From positions 9,240 to 73,239 of the forward strand of contig JBBTRI010000006.1 in the NCBI GenBank assembly GCA_038065255.1: 64,000 bases of DNA, in the 5' to 3' direction. The DNA comes from Patescibacteria group bacterium. GTDB lineage: Bacteria; Patescibacteriota; Patescibacteriia; JACQRZ01. The translations under genes and the position numbers were made by a program. Shown here in pieces: positions 36,451-44,739 of the stretch. The notes below the pieces were generated by a model. That model had not been told where the DNA came from and made no database searches. It worked only from the letters and a program-made list of their open reading frames with translations. Position 1 is the stretch's first letter. Each line of letters opens with the position of its first letter.

Positions 36451-37443
36451 ATGATCATAAAACTTGAAGATTTGAAAGCGGTTGCCAAAAAAGCGATCTT
36501 GAACTATGGATATTCGGAAAGCGAAGCAATTGTTATGCTTGACGTGATGCTTTACGCTCAAATGCGTGGCAACAATCAGGGAGTAGTGAAGCTTATTGGC
36601 AAGGGGATTCCGAAATCTGCAGCCACTCGTCCCATTGTAGTAGAAAAAGAAACAGCTTTGTCAGCTTTTTTTGATGGTGGCCAAAACCATGCCATGGTCG
36701 CTGTGAAATATGTAGTTGACGTGGCGATTTCAAAAGCAAAGAAATGCGGTATCGCAGTGGTAGGTATTCATCAGCTCAATACCTCATCGGGTGCACTTGG
36801 GTACTATGCGCGTTCAATCGCAGACTCTGGATTGGTTGGAATGGTGATGTGCGGTTCTATGGAAACAGTCGCAGCAGCAGGTTCTTCCCAGGCAATTTTT
36901 GGAACTAACCCATTTGCGATTGCAGTGCCTACAGCTACACAGCCCATGGTGTTTGATATGACGACTTCCGCAATGGCATTTTTTGGTGTTGTGCAAGCCG
37001 ATACTGCCGGAGTGCCTCTTCCTGAAGGAATCGCATATGACAAAGAAGGAAGTCCAACTACAAAAGCATCAGATGTGCTTGCCGGAGGAGCGCTTAAGTC
37101 TTTTGACGGAAGTCATAAGGGTTCAGGCCTTTCGATGATGATCCAGGCGCTTACCGGACCGCTTCTCCATTCGTATTTTACTGGTATTGGTGATGTTGGA
37201 AGTAATTGGGCAGGACATTTGATCGTAGCATTTGATCCAGAGCTTTTAGGTGGTCTTGCGTCGCTTAAAGAAGGCGTAAGTCAGATGATAGAAAAAGTAA
37301 AAGCAACAAAAAAATTGCCAAATGTTGATGAAATTTTTGTACCAGGTGAGAAGGGAGATAGGCTTACTCAGGCCATACTCCAATCAGGTGAGATAGAAAT
37401 TGAAGATAATCTTTATAATGAACTTAGAAAAATAGCTGCATAA
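36451..37443 (+). CDS. Ldh_2 family (malate/L-lactate/sulfolactate dehydrogenase-like) oxidoreductase
   Basis: Overall similarity pattern to the Ldh_2 family (YlbC/ComC/AllD type). Confidence 0.6.
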   Translation: MIIKLEDLKAVAKKAILNYGYSESEAIVMLDVMLYAQMRGNNQGVVKLIGKGIPKSAATRPIVVEKETALSAFFDGGQNHAMVAVKYVVDVAISKAKKCGIAVVGIHQLNTSSGALGYYARSIADSGLVGMVMCGSMETVAAAGSSQAIFGTNPFAIAVPTATQPMVFDMTTSAMAFFGVVQADTAGVPLPEGIAYDKEGSPTTKASDVLAGGALKSFDGSHKGSGLSMMIQALTGPLLHSYFTGIGDVGSNWAGHLIVAFDPELLGGLASLKEGVSQMIEKVKATKKLPNVDEIFVPGEKGDRLTQAILQSGEIEIEDNLYNELRKIAA

Positions 37444-37450
37444 TAATAAA

Positions 37451-37490
37451 GAGCCGCACATGCTTACCATGGCGGCGGTGTTTTGGTCTA
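37451..37490. terminator. Bidirectional hairpin between convergent genes
   Basis: agccgc...gcggcgg stem followed by gttttgg. Confidence 0.35.
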
Positions 37491-38735
37491 GTACACGCAT
37501 TTTTGTCTGAACGTGGTTGTGTAGCCGGACTGTTGCTTGAACCATTCTACACGCTCGGGATCGCCGATGGCTTTCTCGATGTTGTCGGAGAGCTTTACAA
37601 GGGAGATTCCATCAGCTTCGGTAGCCTTGATCACCAATGAGAGAGCTTTGAATCCCAGGTCATTGGTGAGGTTGGTTCCCCAGCCGAAGACGAACATGAT
37701 GCGCGTTGCGAATTGTTTGGCAAGGGCATTCATCGCTTTCACATCAAGACCGTCAGAGAATACGATGAGCTTTTCTCGTGCATCGATCCCGTAGAATGCA
37801 TACAGTGCGACGACCTGTTCTCCATATTCTGCCGGATCACCGGAGTCTTGGCGGGTGCCCTTCCATTGCACAGCACGTTCTTTGGTGAATACTTCACGGA
37901 AGAAGAATGGCGAACCATAGGTATCGGTGAGCGCCGTAGAGAGTGCTGATCCGTAGAGATCGTACCAGTCGTCAAGCAATTCTTGCTGAGTTGCGACAAG
38001 ATCATTGCCAAGCGATGCATACACCATCGAAAGTTCATGTGCATTGGTCCCAATGGCTTTGAGTCCATATTTCTTTGCAAGATACACATTCGAAGTTCCG
38101 ATGAATTGCGAAGTTGGTAGAGAGGCTGCAAGCGTACGGACAACATACTCCTGCCATTCTTTGCTGAATCTGCGCCGCGTTCCAAAATCCGAGAAGACAA
38201 TGAATTCATTTCCTTTAATAATCGCAATCTTATCGTCAAGGCGCTTTTTCCCTTCTTCGATACGAGTGCATTTCTCATCTTCAGTGAGTGAATCACACAG
38301 TGATTCACTATACAGCTCAGAAAGAATCGAAAGAGCGATTGTTTCCCAATACGTTACTTCTGCCCATGGGCCGCTGAACGTGAGCGTAAGCGTTCCGTTT
38401 TTTTCGACATCAAGCCGGTAACTCCCCAGTTTGAGTGTCGAAAGGAAGGCAAGATACTTCTTCCTGAAGAGCTTTACGCCATTGAGAGAAAGAGTTCTGA
38501 GGTATTCGATTTCATCATTAGACAGCGAGAGAGTGCGGACGTGGTCAAGCTCTTGCCGCAAACGTTGGATGTCAATGACGTTGCCCAGCTTCACCGACCG
38601 AGTTCTATTGGTCAGCGAAAATGTGACGCGTCGTTTGCCGTGCTTTAAGAAGATAAGCTGCCCCATCGTGAACTTATAGAAGTCAATGTCAAGAAGCGAT
38701 TGTATGATTGGTTCAGAACGAATTGTAAGGTGCAT
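37488..38735 (-). CDS. pncB: Nicotinate phosphoribosyltransferase
   Basis: N-terminal LLDIDFYKFTMGQ (NAPRTase D-x-Y-K-x-TM motif). The start was moved to the MHLTIRS ATG, which is preceded by GAGAGGAGAAAAAATA, because the track ORF has an 84-aa N-terminal overextension. Confidence 0.8.
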   Translation of the reverse strand: MHLTIRSEPIIQSLLDIDFYKFTMGQLIFLKHGKRRVTFSLTNRTRSVKLGNVIDIQRLRQELDHVRTLSLSNDEIEYLRTLSLNGVKLFRKKYLAFLSTLKLGSYRLDVEKNGTLTLTFSGPWAEVTYWETIALSILSELYSESLCDSLTEDEKCTRIEEGKKRLDDKIAIIKGNEFIVFSDFGTRRRFSKEWQEYVVRTLAASLPTSQFIGTSNVYLAKKYGLKAIGTNAHELSMVYASLGNDLVATQQELLDDWYDLYGSALSTALTDTYGSPFFFREVFTKERAVQWKGTRQDSGDPAEYGEQVVALYAFYGIDAREKLIVFSDGLDVKAMNALAKQFATRIMFVFGWGTNLTNDLGFKALSLVIKATEADGISLVKLSDNIEKAIGDPERVEWFKQQSGYTTTFRQKCVY

Positions 38736-38787
38736 TATTTTTTCTCCTCTCTCAACGTTCTTTTTGAAAAAAATATTGAGAGAGAAG

Positions 38788-38829
38788 GGGAGTAGAGGGA
38801 TTTGAAAGAGAATACATATCTCTACTCCC
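38788..38829 (-). terminator. Hairpin plus T-tract between the vWA gene and pncB (possible internal terminator/attenuator)
   Basis: gggagtagag ... ctctactccc perfect 10-bp inverted repeat followed on the minus strand by a T-rich run. Confidence 0.35.
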
Positions 38830-38836
38830 ATTGGGG

Positions 38837-39622
38837 TTAGGTGCCGAATCCTCCCAGAGCGCTGAAACCACCAGTCTTTATGTTGGAGAAGGCGGCAGCA
38901 TTCTGGCTGGCTCTGACGGCAGACTGAGAAACGAACTGGAAGCATTTCCGGATTTCGGAAGGGCTGTTGCCGGGCGTGAGGATGCACGCATCGGGAATGC
39001 CCATCTCCGCGAAAATGCGCCGGAAGTTGGTCTGTCCGTCATCGATGCCCATGGCGAGGATGAGGTGTTCCTCCTGGCGGAGCATGCTGTCTACGACATG
39101 TTTGATGGTTGCAGGCGTGTGCTGGGACGATCCGACATCTGCCCCATCCGTGATGATCACCGTGATCGTACGCGTCGGGACGTTGTTGTCGGCGAACTCC
39201 TTCTTTTTCGCCAGCGACCGGCCGAGGACGATCGCTGCTTTGTCGTAGAGAGGAGTGTTGCCGTAGGGGCGGAAGGTCGTGCCGGTAAGCGGCGCGATGT
39301 TGTCGATGAGCACGTATGGCGAGTAAGTGCCTTTGTTGAGCGCTTCGACGTGCATCAAGATGCCGCTTGCCTGCTTGGAATCCTTGAGAGCCTTCAGAGT
39401 GAGATTGGTTCCGTCGATGAGTACACGGGTGTTTCCCGCATGTTCGATCGAAGAGGAGTCATCGAGGAGGAGTGTGACGATGGTCGTTTCACTCGCCTCG
39501 ACGTCATCGACGCTGATGCCCATGGCGTCCTTGATCTGGGCACCGTAATCGATGATCTGGAGCGTCCGAAGGGCGTCTGCTGTGAGTTCGCCTTCATCCG
39601 CAAGTTCCTTGAATACGTTCAT
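38837..39622 (-). CDS. vWA-domain protein (TerY-like)
   Basis: MIDAS motif LLLDDSSSI ... T ... ITDGAD; Gly-rich C-terminus. The start was moved to MNVFKELADEG, which has AAGGGAG upstream and clears the upstream gene. Confidence 0.7.
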   Translation of the reverse strand: MNVFKELADEGELTADALRTLQIIDYGAQIKDAMGISVDDVEASETTIVTLLLDDSSSIEHAGNTRVLIDGTNLTLKALKDSKQASGILMHVEALNKGTYSPYVLIDNIAPLTGTTFRPYGNTPLYDKAAIVLGRSLAKKKEFADNNVPTRTITVIITDGADVGSSQHTPATIKHVVDSMLRQEEHLILAMGIDDGQTNFRRIFAEMGIPDACILTPGNSPSEIRKCFQFVSQSAVRASQNAAAFSNIKTGGFSALGGFGT

Positions 39623-39695
39623 GGTTGAGAGATCTCCCTTCTGTATGGTGTACGGGGAGGGACACCATACGATCGGCATCCCTCCCGCGGCGGTA

Positions 39696-40745
39696 TTACT
39701 TCCAGGTATCCATGGGATCGGTCGAGAGAACCACGTGCATGCCCGCTTTGGCATAGCGGTCTAGCGAACTTTCCGCCTGGACCGTATAGTCCACGACTCC
39801 CGGCACGACGACGGCGGAGGTGCAATCCCGAAGGATGTACACCTTCTCGGCGAGCGAACGGTCGCGCGCCATGATGTCGTCGAGCAGATCGTCGATGGAG
39901 CTCTTCACGCAGTGGCTTGCAGCCTGTCCTGCGATGATGAGCATGTCAGCGTTCGTGAGCTTGAGGAGGAGCTTGGTGTTGAGGCCTTCCGTGAGCGGCG
40001 CGCCGTCGTAGCGAGTCGTCACTTCAGGTTTGAACACGGAGTAGTTCTCGGTGAGCGGGTGCCCGCCCTTGATTTCCAGAAGCGATTGCCGGCCGCGCGC
40101 GAACGCGTGGAAAAGCCTCGCTTCATTGATCACGCCGGTGAGGGCATGCCCTTCCGTGCCGAGCAGGCAGTGGTAGGGCCAGAGGTAAAGAGTGTACTTG
40201 CCGGACTTTTCGAGTTCGGCGCAGTAGTGCTCCACCTGGTGATTCAGGAACGCCATCACTGCGCTTGGGTTCGCATCTCCGGCGATCCAGTTGGCAACAG
40301 CCGGATTGGGACGATAGATGCCCTGCCGGATCTCTTGCACCGTGATCATGGTGTGGGGGGACGGGTGCGAGCCGTCTTCCTTCAGCCAGAACGACGGGAA
40401 GAAGATCTGGAAGGGGTAGTGCGTATCGAGGGTGAGGGTGATGTCGTCGATGACGCCGAGATTGCGATAGATGAATTCCGCGAAGCGGACGTTGTCATCG
40501 ATCGCACCCCGGCCGCTGCGGGCCCCCACGTAGAGGGAGCCTTCCGGGAAGCAGAAGTCCTTCTGGAGGTCGATGCCGAGGACGTGAATCCGCGACTTTT
40601 TCACGGGCGCGATGGTGTGAGCAGCGCGCCAGCGCTCGGCCTCTTCGAAGACTTTCTGGGACGAGGGGTTGTATCCCCAATTCTCGGCATTCTTCGCCTC
40701 GAAGAGTGGTGGGATGGGGAGTGCGGGATTGGTCGATGTCTTCAT
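39696..40745 (-). CDS. pncA: Nicotinamidase-like cysteine hydrolase (isochorismatase superfamily), enlarged PncA homologue
   Basis: VLGIDLQKDFCFPEGSLYVG matches the PncA D-x-Q-x-D-F-C..GSL signature; DTHYP/SHPSPH metal-site His; catalytic Cys in AGQAASHCVKSS. Confidence 0.65.
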   Translation of the reverse strand: MKTSTNPALPIPPLFEAKNAENWGYNPSSQKVFEEAERWRAAHTIAPVKKSRIHVLGIDLQKDFCFPEGSLYVGARSGRGAIDDNVRFAEFIYRNLGVIDDITLTLDTHYPFQIFFPSFWLKEDGSHPSPHTMITVQEIRQGIYRPNPAVANWIAGDANPSAVMAFLNHQVEHYCAELEKSGKYTLYLWPYHCLLGTEGHALTGVINEARLFHAFARGRQSLLEIKGGHPLTENYSVFKPEVTTRYDGAPLTEGLNTKLLLKLTNADMLIIAGQAASHCVKSSIDDLLDDIMARDRSLAEKVYILRDCTSAVVVPGVVDYTVQAESSLDRYAKAGMHVVLSTDPMDTWK

Positions 40746-40765
40746 CGGGGGCGTCCTTTCGTGTT

Positions 40766-42637
40766 CTAGAGAGTTAGCGTGGTGATTTCATGTGCTGACA
40801 CGACTGCAATGCCGCCCTGGCAGGGAAGCAACGTGCAATCGGCATCAACAAAGTTTTCCGTGTCCGGGAATTCACGTGTTACGACCAGATCGGAACCTGA
40901 TTGCTCCACGCGCACGATACCCCTATCCGTTGGTACGAATAGGAATGGCCCAATCGCGCAACTTCCATTGAACGATGAGAGCCAGCTCGTGTTTGCGGCA
41001 TTGCCTTCCGCCTGCGCCAGGATTACTCCTCGCGCATTAATGAGATAGGTGCGCTGCATGAGCGTGCCGTACTCATCGGTACAGATCGTGAACCAACAGA
41101 GATCCTTAGAGAATCTGCAATTGGCATTGATGATCCGCCCTCTGATCTGAGGCAGACGAACGGAGTCGTTGAGGACTGAGCCTATTGGTTTTGCAATGAA
41201 GGCCTGCGCTAGTGTTCCTGCTCGGTAGAATCCGAATCCGAAAGCGGGTCCTGTCCAAAAGCGTGTGTAGCCGGCGAGTGCAGTGCCCAAGAGCCGTGGT
41301 TCATAGGTGTCATCTTTCAGTACGCGCCCTTGCTCAACCCAGTACAGACTCTCTCCGTCGGTTGCGAATTGCGTTTGTCCTTCGACTAGATCTGCCTGAA
41401 CGACTGAGCGTTGCCCTGACGGGCCATATCGCTCGATAATTCCTTTCGAAGCGATAATGGTATCTGTGCCCACTATGCCGTATTGCATGTCTGGAGTTGT
41501 TTTGCCGTTCACGATGAGTGTTCCTTGTTCACGCTTGAAAGCCCCCTGTTCGTAGGTGATCCATTGGAGCGTTCCGTTGCGTGCAGTTGCATGGATGATG
41601 ATCCTGGTCGTTTTGAAGATGCGTGTTGCTGTCACCGTTCCTCGAATGGTTATGTGTTCTTTAACAATCTGGCGTTGTGGTGTGATGCATGAAGGGCAGG
41701 TGCTTCGGGCGTGGAACAAGCTGCACGTCGGGCACTGCTGAAAGCGAAGAGTTGTGAGAAGCTGCTGAGGAAAGACCCCTCGTTTATCCCGCGTGAAGAT
41801 CTGAGTGAATTCGTGAATTAAGTCATCCGGCAGCATGGAGTAGTGGAGTGCTGGCTTGGGGTAGGCAATATCGGGATGAAAGACAGTCATACGTTCCGCA
41901 AGTCTCTCTCGGTGTCCCATTCTGTGCTTTGATTGTGATGGTTTGTGGATACCTCCATAGGGCCCGACATAGAGCAGAAGTTGCATGAGCATGCATGCAT
42001 ATGCATACCAGTCAGATGTTTCTCTATGGGGAGAGGACAGCATGATCGAATCTTGTATCGTACAGAGCATCGGATCGACGAATCGTTCCGTGAACATTCG
42101 GCAGAGATAGTGTCCAAACTGGAAACTATCCGTATCGATGATCATAGTTCCTGTTCCCTGTACGAGTATGTTGAGATCATTGAAGTCCCCAATTACAACG
42201 CCGATCGCATGGATTTTTTTGAGTGTTGCATGGAGATTTCGCATGATTGCCGGAATCACATCAACGGGGGTACTGCGGCGGAATGCTTTGTCGCTGTAGC
42301 GGATAAGCTCTGTCGCTCCTACGATTTTTTTCATGCTGTATCCCAGTATGCGATTGCTGCGCATATCAGTTGCGCTAGCCATTGGCGTAATGACTTCCGG
42401 TGGCAGGGATGTTGGAAATGCCATGAGTTTTGTCTGGTATTCTTCTAGACGCTCCCGTACAGCTCGCTGGATATCTGGTTGATTGGTAAAGTCGGGGTGG
42501 TCTGGCTGTTTGTAGAGTTTGAATACCAAATCATTTCCGATATCGTAGATGACTGCTTCACCTCCCTGGCCGATAATCCGCTTTGCTTCAAGCTTGAGTG
42601 GCTTGCCATTGAGATTGACGGTAGTCATTGCTCGCAT
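40766..42637 (-). CDS. Ser/Thr protein kinase with C-terminal zinc ribbon and large beta-rich domain
   Basis: Gly loop IGQGGEAVIY, catalytic VIGDFNDLNILV, DTDSF; CPTCSLFHARSTCPSC ribbon; about 300-aa C-terminal domain. Confidence 0.7.
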   Translation of the reverse strand: MRAMTTVNLNGKPLKLEAKRIIGQGGEAVIYDIGNDLVFKLYKQPDHPDFTNQPDIQRAVRERLEEYQTKLMAFPTSLPPEVITPMASATDMRSNRILGYSMKKIVGATELIRYSDKAFRRSTPVDVIPAIMRNLHATLKKIHAIGVVIGDFNDLNILVQGTGTMIIDTDSFQFGHYLCRMFTERFVDPMLCTIQDSIMLSSPHRETSDWYAYACMLMQLLLYVGPYGGIHKPSQSKHRMGHRERLAERMTVFHPDIAYPKPALHYSMLPDDLIHEFTQIFTRDKRGVFPQQLLTTLRFQQCPTCSLFHARSTCPSCITPQRQIVKEHITIRGTVTATRIFKTTRIIIHATARNGTLQWITYEQGAFKREQGTLIVNGKTTPDMQYGIVGTDTIIASKGIIERYGPSGQRSVVQADLVEGQTQFATDGESLYWVEQGRVLKDDTYEPRLLGTALAGYTRFWTGPAFGFGFYRAGTLAQAFIAKPIGSVLNDSVRLPQIRGRIINANCRFSKDLCWFTICTDEYGTLMQRTYLINARGVILAQAEGNAANTSWLSSFNGSCAIGPFLFVPTDRGIVRVEQSGSDLVVTREFPDTENFVDADCTLLPCQGGIAVVSAHEITTLTL

Positions 42638-43536
42638 ACCTCGTTTCTTTTTCCCAGAATCACCGTCGTATCATCCGGCAGCAACCCTGGATTTCTTGCA
42701 ATTGCTGTTCCGAGATTATTCATGCGGACAACATCTGTTGCTATCGCAGAAAGTCGGCGTCGAAGCGCATCACGATTCATCACGTAGCGTTCCTCAGTCC
42801 AGAATTGACTGACTGGTCCGATAGGTGAATCGGTTCCCGGAAGCATGTCGGATTCATGGCGCTGCAGGTGGGCTATTCCATCTGTTGCAAGAAGGAAATG
42901 ATGAAGATCATTGGTTGCTATCACTCGGTTGACAGTGAGAATGAGCGATTGTGGTGGCAGAGATGTTTTCACGAGACGATAAGCTAGGTAGGGCGGCGAA
43001 TTTGCTTCCGCTATTTCGAGCGGTAGGTGTTCGCCATTTATTACCATTGCGCCATCGCCAAGCGAAAAGAACGCAGCATGGGTTGCTGTCATGAGAACAC
43101 CGACAATCGTGAAGAGGAGATGGTCCTGCACAAAGATTGCACGATCCTCCACTTCCATACTGGTGATAAGTGCAGAGAGTTTTACACAGACACGCCCCGG
43201 TATTCCCTCGCGCCATTCCCAGTGATTTTGGTGATCAAAGAGGAGATGTTGGCTTTCCGGAGCGTAGTTGTTGAGCGCGCGCAGAACTTCACTGCATACA
43301 AGGCGCGCACCAAGCACTGCGCCAATTTCATTGTGGTTAGTAGTATTTTCATGTTGACTACCACTGCCGCACCCATCTGTTACGACCGCTATAGTTGCGT
43401 TGTGTTGATGTATGACACAGAAACCATCATGATTGTTTTTTCCCGATCGTATGTGATCACGTCCCGTTACTGATGCATGGGCAAATGTGAAAGGTAGGTG
43501 TGATTCAAGAAAGGTTTTTGTCGTAGACATTTTCAA
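42625..43536 (-). CDS. PP2C-family Ser/Thr phosphatase (PP2C_2-like)
   Basis: VTDGCGSG, ATDGIAHL and DDTTVI metal-binding Asp motifs; overlaps the kinase gene by 13 nt. Confidence 0.7.
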   Translation of the reverse strand: MKMSTTKTFLESHLPFTFAHASVTGRDHIRSGKNNHDGFCVIHQHNATIAVVTDGCGSGSQHENTTNHNEIGAVLGARLVCSEVLRALNNYAPESQHLLFDHQNHWEWREGIPGRVCVKLSALITSMEVEDRAIFVQDHLLFTIVGVLMTATHAAFFSLGDGAMVINGEHLPLEIAEANSPPYLAYRLVKTSLPPQSLILTVNRVIATNDLHHFLLATDGIAHLQRHESDMLPGTDSPIGPVSQFWTEERYVMNRDALRRRLSAIATDVVRMNNLGTAIARNPGLLPDDTTVILGKRNEVCEQ

Positions 43537-43622
43537 TGTACAGTTGCCGCATCGTAGAGATGCAGGTCTCAGAGCTTAGTAAGGTTTTCTGGTGGTTAAG
43601 TACTGAGATCTTCATTCTACAA

Positions 43623-43860
43623 GTGTACTAAGTACACTAACTAAGAGGCAAAAAATAATATGGAGACGTAAGGGAGGGGAGTGGTTTGTGATGCCTGCAA
43701 TTGAGATACTAATATTGTATTATATACACTAACTAAGAGGCGAAAAAATAAGTGGAAGAAGAAGCTATAGAGTGAAAAAAGAGATGGACAGACAGGAAAA
43801 ATGATAGAGTGGCAGTCATATAGGTGTATATAATACACTAACTAGGGATAAAAAAATAAA
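43623..43860. repeat. Three direct repeats (about 27 bp, spaced 92 and 109 bp) each preceded by a GTGTA(C/T)...(A/G)TACAC palindrome; candidate operator array
   Basis: tacactaactaagaggcaaaaaataa at 43633, 43725 and, as a variant, 43834; palindromes gtgtactaagtacac (43623-43637) and gtgtatataatacac (43823-43837). Confidence 0.6.
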
Positions 43861-43875
43861 TAGGGATAGGCACTA

Positions 43876-44592
43876 TCAGAGAATATCTACAAATTCGGGA
43901 ATGCGTTTTTTGAAGGTATAGAGTTCTGCGGGGCGGTTTGCCGTGCCTCGGCGTTTCTTTCCTGTTGCGCGGATAAGACCTAGTGAGAGTATTTTTTTGC
44001 GAAAGTTTCGCTTGTCAAGCTTGCGGCCGAGAATCACTTCATATACCGATTGCAGTTCGCTGAGTGTGAATTCTTTAGATAGAAGGCTATAACTGATGGT
44101 GCTATAGGCAAGTTTGCTTTTGAGGCGATCGATTGCTCGTGAGATGATTTCACTATGGTCATAGGCTAGCGAAGGAAGTTTTTTGATGGGAAACCAATCA
44201 ATTCCTGCATAATCAGCTGTCGTTTTTAATGACACATTGGTGCTTGGTATGAGTGCAAAGTAGGCGACGGATACTACGCGTCCGCGAGGGTCACGGTCTA
44301 CACGGCCAAATGTATAGAGCTGCTCGAGGTAGACGTCTTTGACGTTTGTTTTTGCTCGGAGATGGCGGAGGGCTGCCTCGTCGGCTGATTCGTCCGGCGT
44401 AATAAGTCCGCCGGGTATGGCCCACATGTTGACATAGGGTTGCCGTGTCATTTTGATAAGCAGTACTTTGAGTTGGCCATTCTGGATGGTAAAGATGACG
44501 ATATCAGTTGCAAGTATTGCGTGGACAAATTGTTTGAGTGGTGCGATGGGCATATACTTAGTGTCTAACATACACATACTAGCATATCTCAA
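43876..44592 (-). CDS. nrtR: NrtR-family transcriptional regulator (Nudix-like effector domain + C-terminal wHTH)
   Basis: Nudix-like WAIPGGLITPDESADEAALRHL, plus C-terminal ELQSVYEVILGRKLDKRNFRKKILSLGLI characteristic of the NrtR DNA-binding domain; the start may be a downstream Met. Confidence 0.7.
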   Translation of the reverse strand: MRYASMCMLDTKYMPIAPLKQFVHAILATDIVIFTIQNGQLKVLLIKMTRQPYVNMWAIPGGLITPDESADEAALRHLRAKTNVKDVYLEQLYTFGRVDRDPRGRVVSVAYFALIPSTNVSLKTTADYAGIDWFPIKKLPSLAYDHSEIISRAIDRLKSKLAYSTISYSLLSKEFTLSELQSVYEVILGRKLDKRNFRKKILSLGLIRATGKKRRGTANRPAELYTFKKRIPEFVDIL

Positions 44593-44739
44593 AACCCTGT
44601 CAAGAGGGAAGTCTGAGAATTATTGAGAAAAAGGAAATAGTACTGTATTTATGCGATAAAATACCACCTCTTCTTTTGTAGGAGTCTTTTAATCAATCCC
44701 AATTTTTGGTAGAGTAGGAAGAGTTATACACACTCACCT

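Noticed and set aside
37739-38308. 189-aa minus-strand ORF inside pncB
   Set aside because: It lies out of frame within the pncB coding region and has no independent RBS or motif. pncB itself is well supported.
38831-40769. Long plus-strand ORFs (265 aa at 38831..39628, 285 aa at 39912..40769, and 93/73/70-aa ORFs) opposite the vWA and PncA-like genes
   Set aside because: These are shadow ORFs typical of GC-rich DNA. The products are Arg/Ala/Val-rich and low-complexity without motifs, and they are fully antisense to well-supported minus-strand genes.
43623-43860. Possible CRISPR array (regularly spaced direct repeats)
   Set aside because: There are only three copies, imperfect, about 27 bp long with about 65-80 bp between them. 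No cas genes are nearby, and the repeats are associated with palindromes. The array was interpreted as a regulatory operator/repeat array instead.
37451-43900. Calling the GC-rich region an integrative mobile element or prophage
   Set aside because: No integrase, transposase, tRNA attachment site or flanking direct repeats could be identified. It is reported only as a compositionally distinct island.
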